Assembly (NCBI GenBank): GCA_965243205.1
Contig: CBDEUK010000001.1
Location: forward strand, 1 to 64,000
Direction: 5' to 3'
Length of the DNA: 64,000 nucleotides
Source: Gammaproteobacteria bacterium
GTDB lineage: Bacteria; Pseudomonadota; Gammaproteobacteria; Eutrophobiales; Eutrophobiaceae
Positions 30,746-40,751 of the stretch are shown piece after piece. The notes beneath the pieces are model-generated. The model was not told the origin of the DNA and made no database searches. It saw nothing but the letters and a program-made list of their open reading frames with translations. A program made the translations under genes and the position numbers. Each line of letters begins with the position of its first letter. Positions within the stretch are counted from its first letter, which is position 1.

Positions 30746-32950
30746 TTACAAAACAACTTGTGGCTGTAATAGGTACTCAGGATGGATAGGGTTTTGCGCT
30801 GTCCCTAAACCGCCATTACCATTATAACCACAAGCATCAGAGTGACCATCATCATAAAGAACTTGTAGTGCGGTGTATTGGTTATGGCCATTAATGACAT
30901 AATCCGTAATGGTTCCACTAATACCAATTATTTTTGTGAATACATTTCTAGCAACGGCGTCGCCTAAACTTAACTGCCCATAACCGTTATAACCTGCAGC
31001 AAATAAATCATTGCCTGCCTTCACAATCGTTGAAGAATAATTGACATTTCCTCCGATCCGAATGGAATCAATGCTTCCTTGAAAATCACCAGCAGGTGTT
31101 ATTAAAGAAGTTTGGTTCGCAGTAGCACCCGAACCTAATTGACCTTGTCCATTATAACCACAAGCTCTTAACTCATTCGTATCAGTGAGAGCGTATAATG
31201 AGCCGTAATAACCATCAAACAAATCAATATGCGTGAATACCTCTGGAGATGTTATATTTAAAAAAGAAGTTAACTGCGTTAGGTTACCATGACCTAGCTG
31301 ACCATAATTATTAGAGCCAACCGTCCAAATAACTCCACTGGTATCTAATGTGGCACCCCATCCGTTACCCCCAGCTCCTGCAGTGGTATATCCAGCCGCG
31401 CACTTGATATCAGCAACATTATCTTGAGTTGGATGGTTAACAGGAGAGTTGCGTTGAGTTGTATCACCCATGCCTAATTGTCCATTAGCGTTATAACCCC
31501 ATACCCATAAGTCATTGTTACTATCAATCGCGTAACAAAAATGTGGCAAACCCGAACAAACTAACTTAGTAATACCACTAAGCTCAGGAATTTTTTCAGG
31601 CGTAGTTCTATTGATGGCATCCCCTAAGCCTAAATTCCCTTGCCCATTATAGCCTGTAGCATAAACATCTCCTGTATCAGAGATAAAATAGGTGCATGAA
31701 TAACCAAAGCCATGATAGTTATTAGGCGAACAAATCACATCAACAATATTAATGCTATTTGTAAAAAAATATTCTATTCGAGTAGCCACGTACTTTGAGG
31801 CAGTATCACCATGCCCTAAGTTACCAGCTGCGTTGTGTCCCCATGAATAAACATTGCCGTCTGCAGCGATAGCAAAACCCTGGAAATAACCGCCTATATA
31901 TTTAGATATAACTCCAGGGTTGGTATTAAAATTAATTCTTCGAAATTTATATGCATTATTACCCGTTGGATTACCGGCCCACGGCCCTTGATTATTAGAG
32001 TAACCACAAGCTTTTAAGACATTGTTTGCTAAAAGAACACCGCTTTGGCCAGAACCGAAATTGCGAACAATTTGCACAACTTTCCTATCATTAGGTATGT
32101 CGCTAACACTACCTAATTGATCGGTGCCAAACAAAATAGTGCTAGATAACCTTTCGTCAGTAATCTCGTTATTAGTGATTGTGCTTTGTCCTGGCGCCAA
32201 AGAAACTTTACATAAAGGTCGTCGACCTGATGGAATGCTCGGCGGCTGTGGCGACGCCGCTTCGTTACCAGAGCGAACTTCAATTGCACCAGTAGCAATA
32301 ACTAAAACAACACGATCAATACGAGGATTAGTGGTTGGCGCAGTAATAATAGAAGTATTTTGCGCATCGATTTCAGTAACATCACTACCATCCCAAATAG
32401 CACCAGCATCTACACGCACTGTCATATTCAGCGTTGATTGTTCATGGCAAGAAAAAGCACTAGCAGTTCGATCAAGCTTAGGATCCTTACCATGGAAATC
32501 ATAAAAACCAACCTCATCTGTTCCATAATTACGGCTATGCTCTACCCAGTCATTACCAACTCGACGCAAAACAATTTCCTTGTCTAATGCATCAAGAATA
32601 AAATCCTTATTTTTCTTTAACAGTATCTGCCCGTTACCGCCATTCCCGTGAACAACAGTAACGACTTGAGAAATATCTGAAGCTTGCAACGATATCAACT
32701 GCCCTTCCCAAGTGTTCGTTAGCAAAACAGTTGTTAAGTCATCGGCTACAATATCACTCTCAGTGCTAATAGTATGAGTGCCGCCATCGACTGCAGGTAT
32801 AGTGATAGCACCACTTGTTATATTCAAAACACTAACAGCAGAAGAGCCTGGTAACATGGAAGTATGATCGCGCTGCTGTTTAATTAACGGTCTCATTACT
32901 GGATGTTTAATACTTACATTGGTCATTTCACCGGAAGTAGGTAAGGTCAT
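30746..32950 (-). CDS. Tail fibre/receptor-binding protein with RCC1-like beta-propeller
   Basis: NPRIDRVV tail-fibre-type segment; at least 7 repeats of xWGYNxxGQLGxG; last late gene. Confidence 0.75.
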   Translation of the reverse strand: MTLPTSGEMTNVSIKHPVMRPLIKQQRDHTSMLPGSSAVSVLNITSGAITIPAVDGGTHTISTESDIVADDLTTVLLTNTWEGQLISLQASDISQVVTVVHGNGGNGQILLKKNKDFILDALDKEIVLRRVGNDWVEHSRNYGTDEVGFYDFHGKDPKLDRTASAFSCHEQSTLNMTVRVDAGAIWDGSDVTEIDAQNTSIITAPTTNPRIDRVVLVIATGAIEVRSGNEAASPQPPSIPSGRRPLCKVSLAPGQSTITNNEITDERLSSTILFGTDQLGSVSDIPNDRKVVQIVRNFGSGQSGVLLANNVLKACGYSNNQGPWAGNPTGNNAYKFRRINFNTNPGVISKYIGGYFQGFAIAADGNVYSWGHNAAGNLGHGDTASKYVATRIEYFFTNSINIVDVICSPNNYHGFGYSCTYFISDTGDVYATGYNGQGNLGLGDAINRTTPEKIPELSGITKLVCSGLPHFCYAIDSNNDLWVWGYNANGQLGMGDTTQRNSPVNHPTQDNVADIKCAAGYTTAGAGGNGWGATLDTSGVIWTVGSNNYGQLGHGNLTQLTSFLNITSPEVFTHIDLFDGYYGSLYALTDTNELRACGYNGQGQLGSGATANQTSLITPAGDFQGSIDSIRIGGNVNYSSTIVKAGNDLFAAGYNGYGQLSLGDAVARNVFTKIIGISGTITDYVINGHNQYTALQVLYDDGHSDACGYNGNGGLGTAQNPIHPEYLLQPQVVL

Positions 32951-32952
32951 AA

Positions 32953-35900
32953 CTAATACCCCTGTATAGTTGCGTCTATTAATGCGCTGGTAGGATTGCC
33001 AGCATTATCAAAAGCCCTTATCAATGGGCCTAGAGAAAAATCTTTATCAATGATCTGAGTTTCAACAGAAGATCCACCATCATCCTGGCGGGTAATTTGA
33101 ATATTTTTAATTGAGCGATAAGCTTTAGTGATCGGCAAACGAGTTCCTGCTGCCGAAATAACAATGTCATTTAAACTTTCGGTTATATCATCAACGTCGA
33201 TCTTGATTTTAAATTGTTTGATAGCGCCTTGTTGGGTCCCAGGTAATACTACGACCCTAAAAAAATAATATGTATTATTAATCGGTCTTAGTACACCAGG
33301 CCAAGGCACCCAGTCGCCTTTATCGGACCAAAACAGTTCATTTGGATCTTCGGACCAAAATAATTCATCTGGGTCTTCAGACCAAAACAATGCGGACTGT
33401 ACCTCTTTATACTCAATATAAAAATCACCATCAATGTCGTACTCCAATAATAAAGAGGCATTTTCTATTTTATCTTGTTCGGGTTGGAACTCAGTCTCAT
33501 AGGTTAGAGTTAAATAGGTATCATCCCAAAACATGTCATCAGGATCTTCAGACCAAAATAATTCATTTGGGTCTTCAGACCAAAAATTAGAATCGGAATT
33601 AGCCTTTAAATCACCAGCATCAACAAAACCGTTAGTAATATCACCTGTCCATCCAAGTGAACGATGATCGGTTTCGAATACTAAATTTTTAAAAATAGGA
33701 TCGCCTAAATTAATGGTAAGCGTAGCAGCTGTTTCAGAATAAAGCCCTGCAATATCTACGGCTTTAATTAAATAGGTTCGTGTATAAACGCCGCTAGTAT
33801 CAAAAAGAAAAGAAGAGGTTTTTATAACATCAGCATGCAGTTTTATTGCGGTATCCCAATTCGATGAGTTACCAAAGTTCATGCGAATTTCAAACCCAGC
33901 TAAATCAATCGGCGGGTTTGGATAGGACCATATTAATTTATCATCTTGACGTAAAAAGGTTAGAACATCAGGCGGCAAGCTAAACTTACCTACCACCAAA
34001 TAATTATTTTCTTCAGTCCAATCACTAGTTAAACCAGGGAAAGGTGAGCCAACTGATACATATCGAAATGATAAGTCGTAACGCTTATTATCAGCTACAT
34101 CACTAAATATTATGGAGTCCGATGAACCAAGAATATCAATTAAATATTTCCACTCCCCAGGTTCTTCGTCAGACAATAAGCTTCCTGATAATCTATATCG
34201 TGCCTGCAGTCTCAATAAGTCTAAATTAAGTCCTGTTGGTGGGGCTATATAAGCAATAATTCTTGGTTGAAAATTCCCACCCGTCAACTGAAGCATTACT
34301 GTTTCATCAGAAATCAAATCTAATATAACAGGTGGATTTATAGTATTATTTAATACTGGGCCTTGTGTAATATTCGTTTTAAATTCTGGAATCTCACCGC
34401 TGTCAGCATTATGTATTTCTGGTGATGCGTCTTGTAAAAAAACCTGCGCATTATAATCTTGCGTTGGTTTAACGCTTTGAACAACTGCATTAAAACTTTC
34501 CAAACCTGCTTCACCAAACATGACTATGCCGTCTATCCATAACTGATCATTAGGCACTAAGCTTTGAACGATAGGGTTAGAAAAGTTTAGCTTGCTCGTG
34601 CTGTCGTTAGTGTTGTTGACGGCTTCAATAGTACGGGTTGCATCTAAAAACCAAACGCGAACACCGTAATTTTTACCCTCTTCAAATGTAAAAATTTCAT
34701 CACATACAATACTAACAATGTCATTATTATTGTTGCGAATAACTTGTTTAACACGGCCTTGCGACAATCCGACCAATAAAACATCATGCGCCACTTCCAC
34801 CATGTCGCCACGAGTTGCAATTAGATGCTCTGGATCCATGAATAGTGAATAAGTTTCTGGCCTTAACTTTGATGTGGCTAAATGGAAACGACCATGCCGC
34901 CAAACTAATTCAGGGTTGGTGTAGTTAGGCATTTCCATTCCTTCAAACTTGCTTGCATTACTTTCGTTATAACCATCGTCATATACAATACGTTGGTCTT
35001 GTTGGTAATCTTCTTCAGCATTCACGAAACGAATTTTTAATGCATGAACATCTTCAGGAAATATTTTTTCAGAAGAAAAGCCCCAAGAATTTTTTGGCGT
35101 AATACGTTGCACAGGAACCGTTTGAGGCTCATCGATCGCGACACCAATTTGATTATCAATCCAAGTACGAGAGGCGCGGCCACCTGCAGCAACATCTTTC
35201 AATTGCTCATCGATAGTGGTTCGAAAATCTATAACGCCATTAAAACTAAAATTATTTAATTCGTTATATTCATGCCAATACTCAAGCTTTGGTAAATCAA
35301 CCAAAGTATCTGGTTGGGCATTTTTGTTTGCGTCACCTTGTAACACATAACGATATAAACTTGCGGGGTTGTTACTAAACCGCTTAACCCATGTCTGAGA
35401 AGTTTTATCCCAATCATCAACCACACTACCCGCTATACAATTTAACTGATCAACAATACCGTTTAATTGTTCACTTGCGCGAATACGTAACTCAATCGTG
35501 GCAAGCGGATGAGGAAAACGAATAGGCTCAACATCTTTAACTGATCGCAGTACTGTCCAAATAGTTTTTTGAATAATATTCAGTACTGGATCTTTTGAAT
35601 TTATTAAATTAAATGCATTGAAGAAACGGACTCGTACGTCATACTGACCAAGAGGCACCTTTACGAGAGAGCTACGAGAGACACGATCGAATCCAGCTCC
35701 TTGAGCAACAATCCAAGGAGCTGTAATCCATCCTGAATCACCACTACCAACTGGACGGTATTGCCATTGAACAGTTACTCTTCGACCAGTTTCACCATCA
35801 GGATTACTACCAGATAAACCTCCTGGCCAAACAATATCGATAGAGATTTCTTTACAGTCAGGCTCTGACGTTCGTGTTGCCCAGGTTCCTGCGCCTGAAG

Positions 35901-36726
35901 GCGAAAGACCAGACGCACCGTTAGGAGGTTTAGGCGCCAAATCAACCGTTAACGATTGTTCATCAACTGTATCAGTAAATATGCTTAACGGTGGATCATC
36001 ATCGCGACCTTTGCGAACAATGTATTCTACTTCAGTAAAATTATCGATCGGTGTGTTACCAATCTTAATATCATTAATTTCAAGCTCACCATAACCCACC
36101 ACAAACAAAGCTCTTAAAAACTGATTATTTCCAGCTCTCTCTGTAAATGTAGGCGCGCCAAACGGCGGGTAAATTTTATGCTGCCCTAACACAACAGGAA
36201 CTGGACCAAATTTATTGATCGAGTTTCGAATACCCGTAATCGAATAAGTACGACTGGTATTTTGTTGACCAGAAACCTGAGAAAGCTGCTGTTTAGGCGG
36301 CGGAGCTATGGCTGAAACAATTAAACGGCTTACAATACCTAAACCAGCTTTAACAATGCCGCTAGCGATACCAAGCTTACCGGCAAGAAAAGGGGCTGCT
36401 TTAAACGCAGCAACACTTAGCGCGATTGTGAGTATTGTTGCAAAGGGATTTTTTTTGCCACGGCCACCGCCACCTTGAGGCACAACCCTAGCGGTAATAT
36501 GTTGACCAGGCTTAACGTAATACTTATCCAGCATCGATTTCCCGACTGGTTCCCCATCGACACAAACAGAAATACTGGCGCTTGGTTTTAAAAGGCAGGC
36601 ATCTAATACGTCACGAATGGTTTTGTCATCTGCCTCAATTAATCGAGTAACACGAGCGTCACGCAAAGGAACCGGACAAAAGGTAACTTTAATCTTGTCT
36701 AAGGACATGAAAGCCACCTTTTTCAA
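32953..36726 (-). CDS. Tail tip/host-specificity protein (lambda gpJ-like, fused gpI-like N-terminus)
   Basis: VVPQGGG, GPVPVVLG, SNNPA, FN3-like PPDV segments; start probably ~36708. Confidence 0.85.
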   Translation of the reverse strand: MKKVAFMSLDKIKVTFCPVPLRDARVTRLIEADDKTIRDVLDACLLKPSASISVCVDGEPVGKSMLDKYYVKPGQHITARVVPQGGGGRGKKNPFATILTIALSVAAFKAAPFLAGKLGIASGIVKAGLGIVSRLIVSAIAPPPKQQLSQVSGQQNTSRTYSITGIRNSINKFGPVPVVLGQHKIYPPFGAPTFTERAGNNQFLRALFVVGYGELEINDIKIGNTPIDNFTEVEYIVRKGRDDDPPLSIFTDTVDEQSLTVDLAPKPPNGASGLSPSGAGTWATRTSEPDCKEISIDIVWPGGLSGSNPDGETGRRVTVQWQYRPVGSGDSGWITAPWIVAQGAGFDRVSRSSLVKVPLGQYDVRVRFFNAFNLINSKDPVLNIIQKTIWTVLRSVKDVEPIRFPHPLATIELRIRASEQLNGIVDQLNCIAGSVVDDWDKTSQTWVKRFSNNPASLYRYVLQGDANKNAQPDTLVDLPKLEYWHEYNELNNFSFNGVIDFRTTIDEQLKDVAAGGRASRTWIDNQIGVAIDEPQTVPVQRITPKNSWGFSSEKIFPEDVHALKIRFVNAEEDYQQDQRIVYDDGYNESNASKFEGMEMPNYTNPELVWRHGRFHLATSKLRPETYSLFMDPEHLIATRGDMVEVAHDVLLVGLSQGRVKQVIRNNNNDIVSIVCDEIFTFEEGKNYGVRVWFLDATRTIEAVNNTNDSTSKLNFSNPIVQSLVPNDQLWIDGIVMFGEAGLESFNAVVQSVKPTQDYNAQVFLQDASPEIHNADSGEIPEFKTNITQGPVLNNTINPPVILDLISDETVMLQLTGGNFQPRIIAYIAPPTGLNLDLLRLQARYRLSGSLLSDEEPGEWKYLIDILGSSDSIIFSDVADNKRYDLSFRYVSVGSPFPGLTSDWTEENNYLVVGKFSLPPDVLTFLRQDDKLIWSYPNPPIDLAGFEIRMNFGNSSNWDTAIKLHADVIKTSSFLFDTSGVYTRTYLIKAVDIAGLYSETAATLTINLGDPIFKNLVFETDHRSLGWTGDITNGFVDAGDLKANSDSNFWSEDPNELFWSEDPDDMFWDDTYLTLTYETEFQPEQDKIENASLLLEYDIDGDFYIEYKEVQSALFWSEDPDELFWSEDPNELFWSDKGDWVPWPGVLRPINNTYYFFRVVVLPGTQQGAIKQFKIKIDVDDITESLNDIVISAAGTRLPITKAYRSIKNIQITRQDDGGSSVETQIIDKDFSLGPLIRAFDNAGNPTSALIDATIQGY
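33322..33586 (-). repeat. Two clusters of 27-bp tandem repeats encoding FWSEDP(N/D)EL
   Basis: 35-bp block at 33353 and 33551 differs at one base. Confidence 0.85.
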
Positions 36727-37102
36727 TGCGTTTTACCCAGCGAGCTTCCGTGTATCGTTCTACTGCAACATAAGTTTCTTCGCTTGCATGAACCATTAGG
36801 CCGCGAGCAACAACTAACCCTAAATGCCAAGGCAAACCCTGCATGTAAATTAAAATTAAATCAAAAGGCTGTTCTCGACCTTCACGTTTTATCCATTGGT
36901 CTCGGTTTGCATTCACTAAATCACCAATAGAGTGGCTGTCCGCGGTATCATCATAACCATGAACATAAGTAGGTAACTCAATACCTAATTCACATTCATA
37001 AATAAGTTTCACCAAACCCCAGCAGTCCACGCCACTAAAGTCACGACCGTGTTCTTTAAAAGGGATTTGCATGTAAGGTTCTAACCAGGCAGGAGCTCTC
37101 AT
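36689..37102 (-). CDS. NlpC/P60 tail assembly protein (gpK-like)
   Basis: GRDFSGVDCWGLV..HLGL..MVHA. Confidence 0.88.
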   Translation of the reverse strand: MRAPAWLEPYMQIPFKEHGRDFSGVDCWGLVKLIYECELGIELPTYVHGYDDTADSHSIGDLVNANRDQWIKREGREQPFDLILIYMQGLPWHLGLVVARGLMVHASEETYVAVERYTEARWVKRIEKGGFHVLRQD

Positions 37103-37110
37103 ACTATCAC

Positions 37111-37581
37111 CTAAAATAATGCCGGAAATTTATCAGGTGTAAATGAATCACCAGGAAACTGTTCTATTAAAAAATTAGGCCCAACAAGTTCGCCGGTAAT
37201 CTGCAAAGCATCATAATTGATTTGCTCTAAGCCTAAACCAAGCCACTCTGTTTCTACACTATCAGGGTCGCTAGCTAATACCATTTTTATATTTACGGTT
37301 GCCCGTCCACTCATAGAGCGAATAGTTTTCCCAATTTGACGATCGACATTATCAATTTTTAAACTTGCGATAGGTACCGAGTCAGCAGATTCCTCTGGTA
37401 AGGTTAACTCGTATGGCAATCCTATATATTCATTGCCGTTACTAGTATGATTAACTCCATCGTTTACAACCCGTATAGGCTCACTTAAGGAGCTATGATA
37501 AATTTCAATTAAAAACAAAAAGACTTCGTCTGTATTTTGTTTAAGCAGCTCTCTTTTAAGTTTTTCGCTTAGGTTTCTCAT
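37111..37581 (-). CDS. Tail tip protein (DUF1833-like)
   Basis: LIEIYH..PIRVVND..LKIDNV..FTPDKFPALF; synteny. Confidence 0.75.
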   Translation of the reverse strand: MRNLSEKLKRELLKQNTDEVFLFLIEIYHSSLSEPIRVVNDGVNHTSNGNEYIGLPYELTLPEESADSVPIASLKIDNVDRQIGKTIRSMSGRATVNIKMVLASDPDSVETEWLGLGLEQINYDALQITGELVGPNFLIEQFPGDSFTPDKFPALF

Positions 37582-37587
37582 ACAAAA

Positions 37588-38022
37588 CTAACTCTCATTT
37601 GCATCAAACATGACAATATCGCCATCACCATAAACATCATCATCGTATATACCAGGCAACACACTTTCTGGTGTCATTTTAAGTTTTAAGTTTGCTCGCC
37701 AAATATTGCCGCGAACCAAACTGATATCTGGCTCTTCATCAATAAAAAATGTTGCAGGGCTATGTGTGCGAGGATGTATCCAGTCAAATGGAAGTGAGCC
37801 GCTAGCCAAAGTGTTGGTATAAAAATCGTCTAGAATAGCAGTCTCGTCATTTGTTAATTGAATGTGGCAATTAATTTCCCGTTCGCCAGCCGTGTATCGT
37901 CGCCTTCGTTTTGGCCCTCCGGCATCCATATCCGTTTTCAAAGTAAGCTCAGGAGGCTTTTCGCTTAAACCTTCAGAGGAAACATACTGAGGTAAAGTTA
38001 ATGGCCAAACCGCATTAGCCAC
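37588..38022 (-). CDS. Distal/minor tail protein
   Basis: WPLTLP..TDMDAGGPKRRRR..GSLPFDWIHP; follows the tape measure. Confidence 0.75.
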   Translation of the reverse strand: MANAVWPLTLPQYVSSEGLSEKPPELTLKTDMDAGGPKRRRRYTAGEREINCHIQLTNDETAILDDFYTNTLASGSLPFDWIHPRTHSPATFFIDEEPDISLVRGNIWRANLKLKMTPESVLPGIYDDDVYGDGDIVMFDANES

Positions 38023-40345
38023 GGTTAATCACCTCTGGCTTATTGAAGTTTTCAAGCCGGCCTTGTCGTTTCTGACGCCCTAGCGAATTCGATACTTCAA
38101 GATCAATGATCTGTTCATTATTAGGACCAGTTGACTCGCCAGTTTTCTCTACTTTCGAATCCGAATTGTTAGTAATGTTAATAATGACATTACCTTTACC
38201 CAAGGCCTTCATTTGCCCTTTTGTAAATACCCCTTCGTCTTCATGAATAATCGCGCGCATTTCTTTTGGCATTAAACCTTGATGGAAACGTGGAGCATTA
38301 TTAAAGTTAGCTAGATTGTCTGGACGTGAAACACTGCCTTCACTGGCAAGACCACCACTATGAAAAAGTGGTATATGTGTAATTAAATTGGAAACGGGAT
38401 CGGTGCTAGTACCGCTTAAAACAAAACGATCAGGATCGTTACCTGAACCAAAAATACTTCCAAAACCACCTTCTAATAAATCACCTAACATATTAAAGCC
38501 AGGTTCGAATAATTTTGTTAAAGCTAGCTTCTCTATCTGCTTTAACAGACTTCCAATAAAATCAGAAAAATTGCCTTCCGATTCAACCAACTCATCAGCA
38601 AACGAACGACTCCACCCTTCAACGGCACGGCGTAAATCTTTAAATGTCTCTTCACCTTCTTTATCGATATCATCAAATTGTTTTTTGTGAATGTCGCTCA
38701 TACGCTCAGAATGCTGAAGCATTAAACGTTCTTTTAATTGAATGTATTCAGAATCACTGATTTCAGCCGTTGCATAAAAGCGATCAATCATGGCCAAAGT
38801 TTCATCGTAATGAGCGCGCTGCAATTCTTCTTCGGTAGCTAAGCCACGTCGCACTGTCTCTAAGTTTCTTTCTACTGCTTTGCGACGTTCTTCATATTCA
38901 CGCTTTAAATCTATATCAAGTTGCTGAAGAATTCTTTCATCTTCTAATGCATCTTGCTTAGCTTCACGCTCTGCTTTTAAACGTTCACGTTCAGCTTTAG
39001 AAGCATTTCGTTTAGCATCTTCTAAGGCTTTGACTTGATCTATTTCATCAGCTAACTGCAATAACCGTGTCGCATGTTGCGAACTAATTCCTCTAAGGGA
39101 ACCACTCTCGATTTCATTTCGAATACGCGCAGCCTCACTGACATTATTTAACGCAAACACCTGGCGTTCATATTTATCAATTAACTTAGCGCTTTGCTCA
39201 TCCAGCTTAGAAAGAGAGCCGCTTAGTCGTTGAGGCGTATCATCAAACTCAATATTGGAACCATTTAAAACATCCAAATGTTTTTTGAGTTCTACAGCTT
39301 CTTTTTTAAGCTCGGTAAGATTTTTTAATAATTGAGGGCGTCCACGAGTACGCTTTTGACTTAATCGATTTTCGATGCTGGCTATTTGAGACTCAACTTC
39401 TTTGAGTTTGTTTTCTGAAGCGCTTTGACTGAGTTCATTGATCTCAATATCAATCAAACCAATTTTGTCAGCAAGCGTCGTAAAGTTTTCAATTAAAGAA
39501 GTGGTAAACACTAATGTTTTATTGAATGCTGGAATTAATTCTTCGCCAAGCTCACTGGCTAGAATGAAAAAAGAATTTTTTAATCTATTTACATTAGCAT
39601 CAGTGCTATCCATTGCTGTTTCAAGATTCTCGCCAAAGGTGTTGCGAAGTTCCACAGCCATCTTAGGTAATAAATCATCCGCTAAGACAGAGCCCGAATC
39701 TAACATATCGTTAAGCTCTTGCGTGGTGACGCCCATAGCACGGGCAGCAATTTGGAATGCACCAGGTATACGCTCACCTAACTGACCACGTAATTCTTCA
39801 GCTTGAACATTACCCTTAGACATCATTTGCTCTATCGCACGAAGAGCGCCTTCAGTGTCGTAAGCACTAAGCTGTAAAGTACGTGAAGCCTCCATAACGG
39901 CTGTAAAAATTTCGCGTGTGGCTTCGCCTTCTAAGTTCGTCCCTTTACTTGCTGCAGTTAATTTAGCATAAGCACTAGCAGTGCTCTGTAATTCAAGACC
40001 TAAGCGTTCGGCTTCGCTTTTTACAAACAACATATTCGCTGCAGCTTCACCAGTATTATCGGAAGCAGCTAGCATTTGATTGTTCAAGCGCTCCATTTCA
40101 ATCGCTACAGGGATGACAGCATCAGCGTATCGCTTAAAAACTAAAGCAGCGGCACCTATGCCACCAGCCACCAAGCCAACACCAATAGCTAGCTTGGCCA
40201 TTCGGCTTTTTAAAACATTCGTTTTGCCGGCTAGGTTATCGCTTTCATTGGATAGACGCTTAGTTTCGCCAGTAGCCTTATCAATCTCCGTTGCGTACTG
40301 CTGACCATCCATAGTCAAAACCACTTTAATCTTTTTGTCTGCCAT
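38015..40345 (-). CDS. Tail tape measure protein
   Basis: QMMSKGNVQAEELRGQLGERIPG tape-measure motif; coiled coil; FHSGG; start MADKK at 40345. Confidence 0.92.
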   Translation of the reverse strand: MADKKIKVVLTMDGQQYATEIDKATGETKRLSNESDNLAGKTNVLKSRMAKLAIGVGLVAGGIGAAALVFKRYADAVIPVAIEMERLNNQMLAASDNTGEAAANMLFVKSEAERLGLELQSTASAYAKLTAASKGTNLEGEATREIFTAVMEASRTLQLSAYDTEGALRAIEQMMSKGNVQAEELRGQLGERIPGAFQIAARAMGVTTQELNDMLDSGSVLADDLLPKMAVELRNTFGENLETAMDSTDANVNRLKNSFFILASELGEELIPAFNKTLVFTTSLIENFTTLADKIGLIDIEINELSQSASENKLKEVESQIASIENRLSQKRTRGRPQLLKNLTELKKEAVELKKHLDVLNGSNIEFDDTPQRLSGSLSKLDEQSAKLIDKYERQVFALNNVSEAARIRNEIESGSLRGISSQHATRLLQLADEIDQVKALEDAKRNASKAERERLKAEREAKQDALEDERILQQLDIDLKREYEERRKAVERNLETVRRGLATEEELQRAHYDETLAMIDRFYATAEISDSEYIQLKERLMLQHSERMSDIHKKQFDDIDKEGEETFKDLRRAVEGWSRSFADELVESEGNFSDFIGSLLKQIEKLALTKLFEPGFNMLGDLLEGGFGSIFGSGNDPDRFVLSGTSTDPVSNLITHIPLFHSGGLASEGSVSRPDNLANFNNAPRFHQGLMPKEMRAIIHEDEGVFTKGQMKALGKGNVIINITNNSDSKVEKTGESTGPNNEQIIDLEVSNSLGRQKRQGRLENFNKPEVINRG

Positions 40346-40354
40346 ATAAATTCC

Positions 40355-40426
40355 ACGCATAAAAAAAGCCGGAGCCCCTTTCGAGGATCCGGCTTTTCGC
40401 TTTAAATACGTTATGCCTTAGTTCAG
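40355..40426 (-). repeat. Duplicated leader/terminator element, copy 1 (before tape measure)
   Basis: Near-identical to 52449-52516; GCCGGA..GAAA..TCCGGC hairpin followed by T-run. Confidence 0.88.
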
Positions 40427-40441
40427 TAAATTATAGCAAGA

Positions 40442-40711
40442 TTATTTCAAATCAGACCCGCAATATTTACATTTTATTGCTGCTTTTTTAATGATTTCAG
40501 CACAATAAGGGCATTCTTTCATGTCGCCATCTTGAACCCGCTGCTGTTCCAATTTTTCAGTATTCGTTTTTAACGCTGCTACGATAACAAGACCGAGTAA
40601 GGGAGATATGAACAAACACATGATGAAGGCTTTCAGCCCTGAGCGCCCTTTTTTATGAGCAAACACCGCTACAGCTGCAGACAACAAAAACCATAAAAAG
40701 AGAAATTCCAT
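40442..40711 (-). CDS. Moron: membrane protein with C-terminal zinc ribbon
   Basis: Two TM helices, KKGRSG, CPYCAE..CKYCG; own AAGGAGG RBS and downstream terminator. Confidence 0.8.
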   Translation of the reverse strand: MEFLFLWFLLSAAVAVFAHKKGRSGLKAFIMCLFISPLLGLVIVAALKTNTEKLEQQRVQDGDMKECPYCAEIIKKAAIKCKYCGSDLK

Positions 40712-40751
40712 AAACGCCTCCTTACTGCGTATTTCTAGACTATATCATGGT

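Noticed and set aside
30746-36726. Invertible tail cassette or diversity-generating retroelement
   Set aside because: No flanking inverted repeats, alternative fibre ends, reverse transcriptase or template repeat seen
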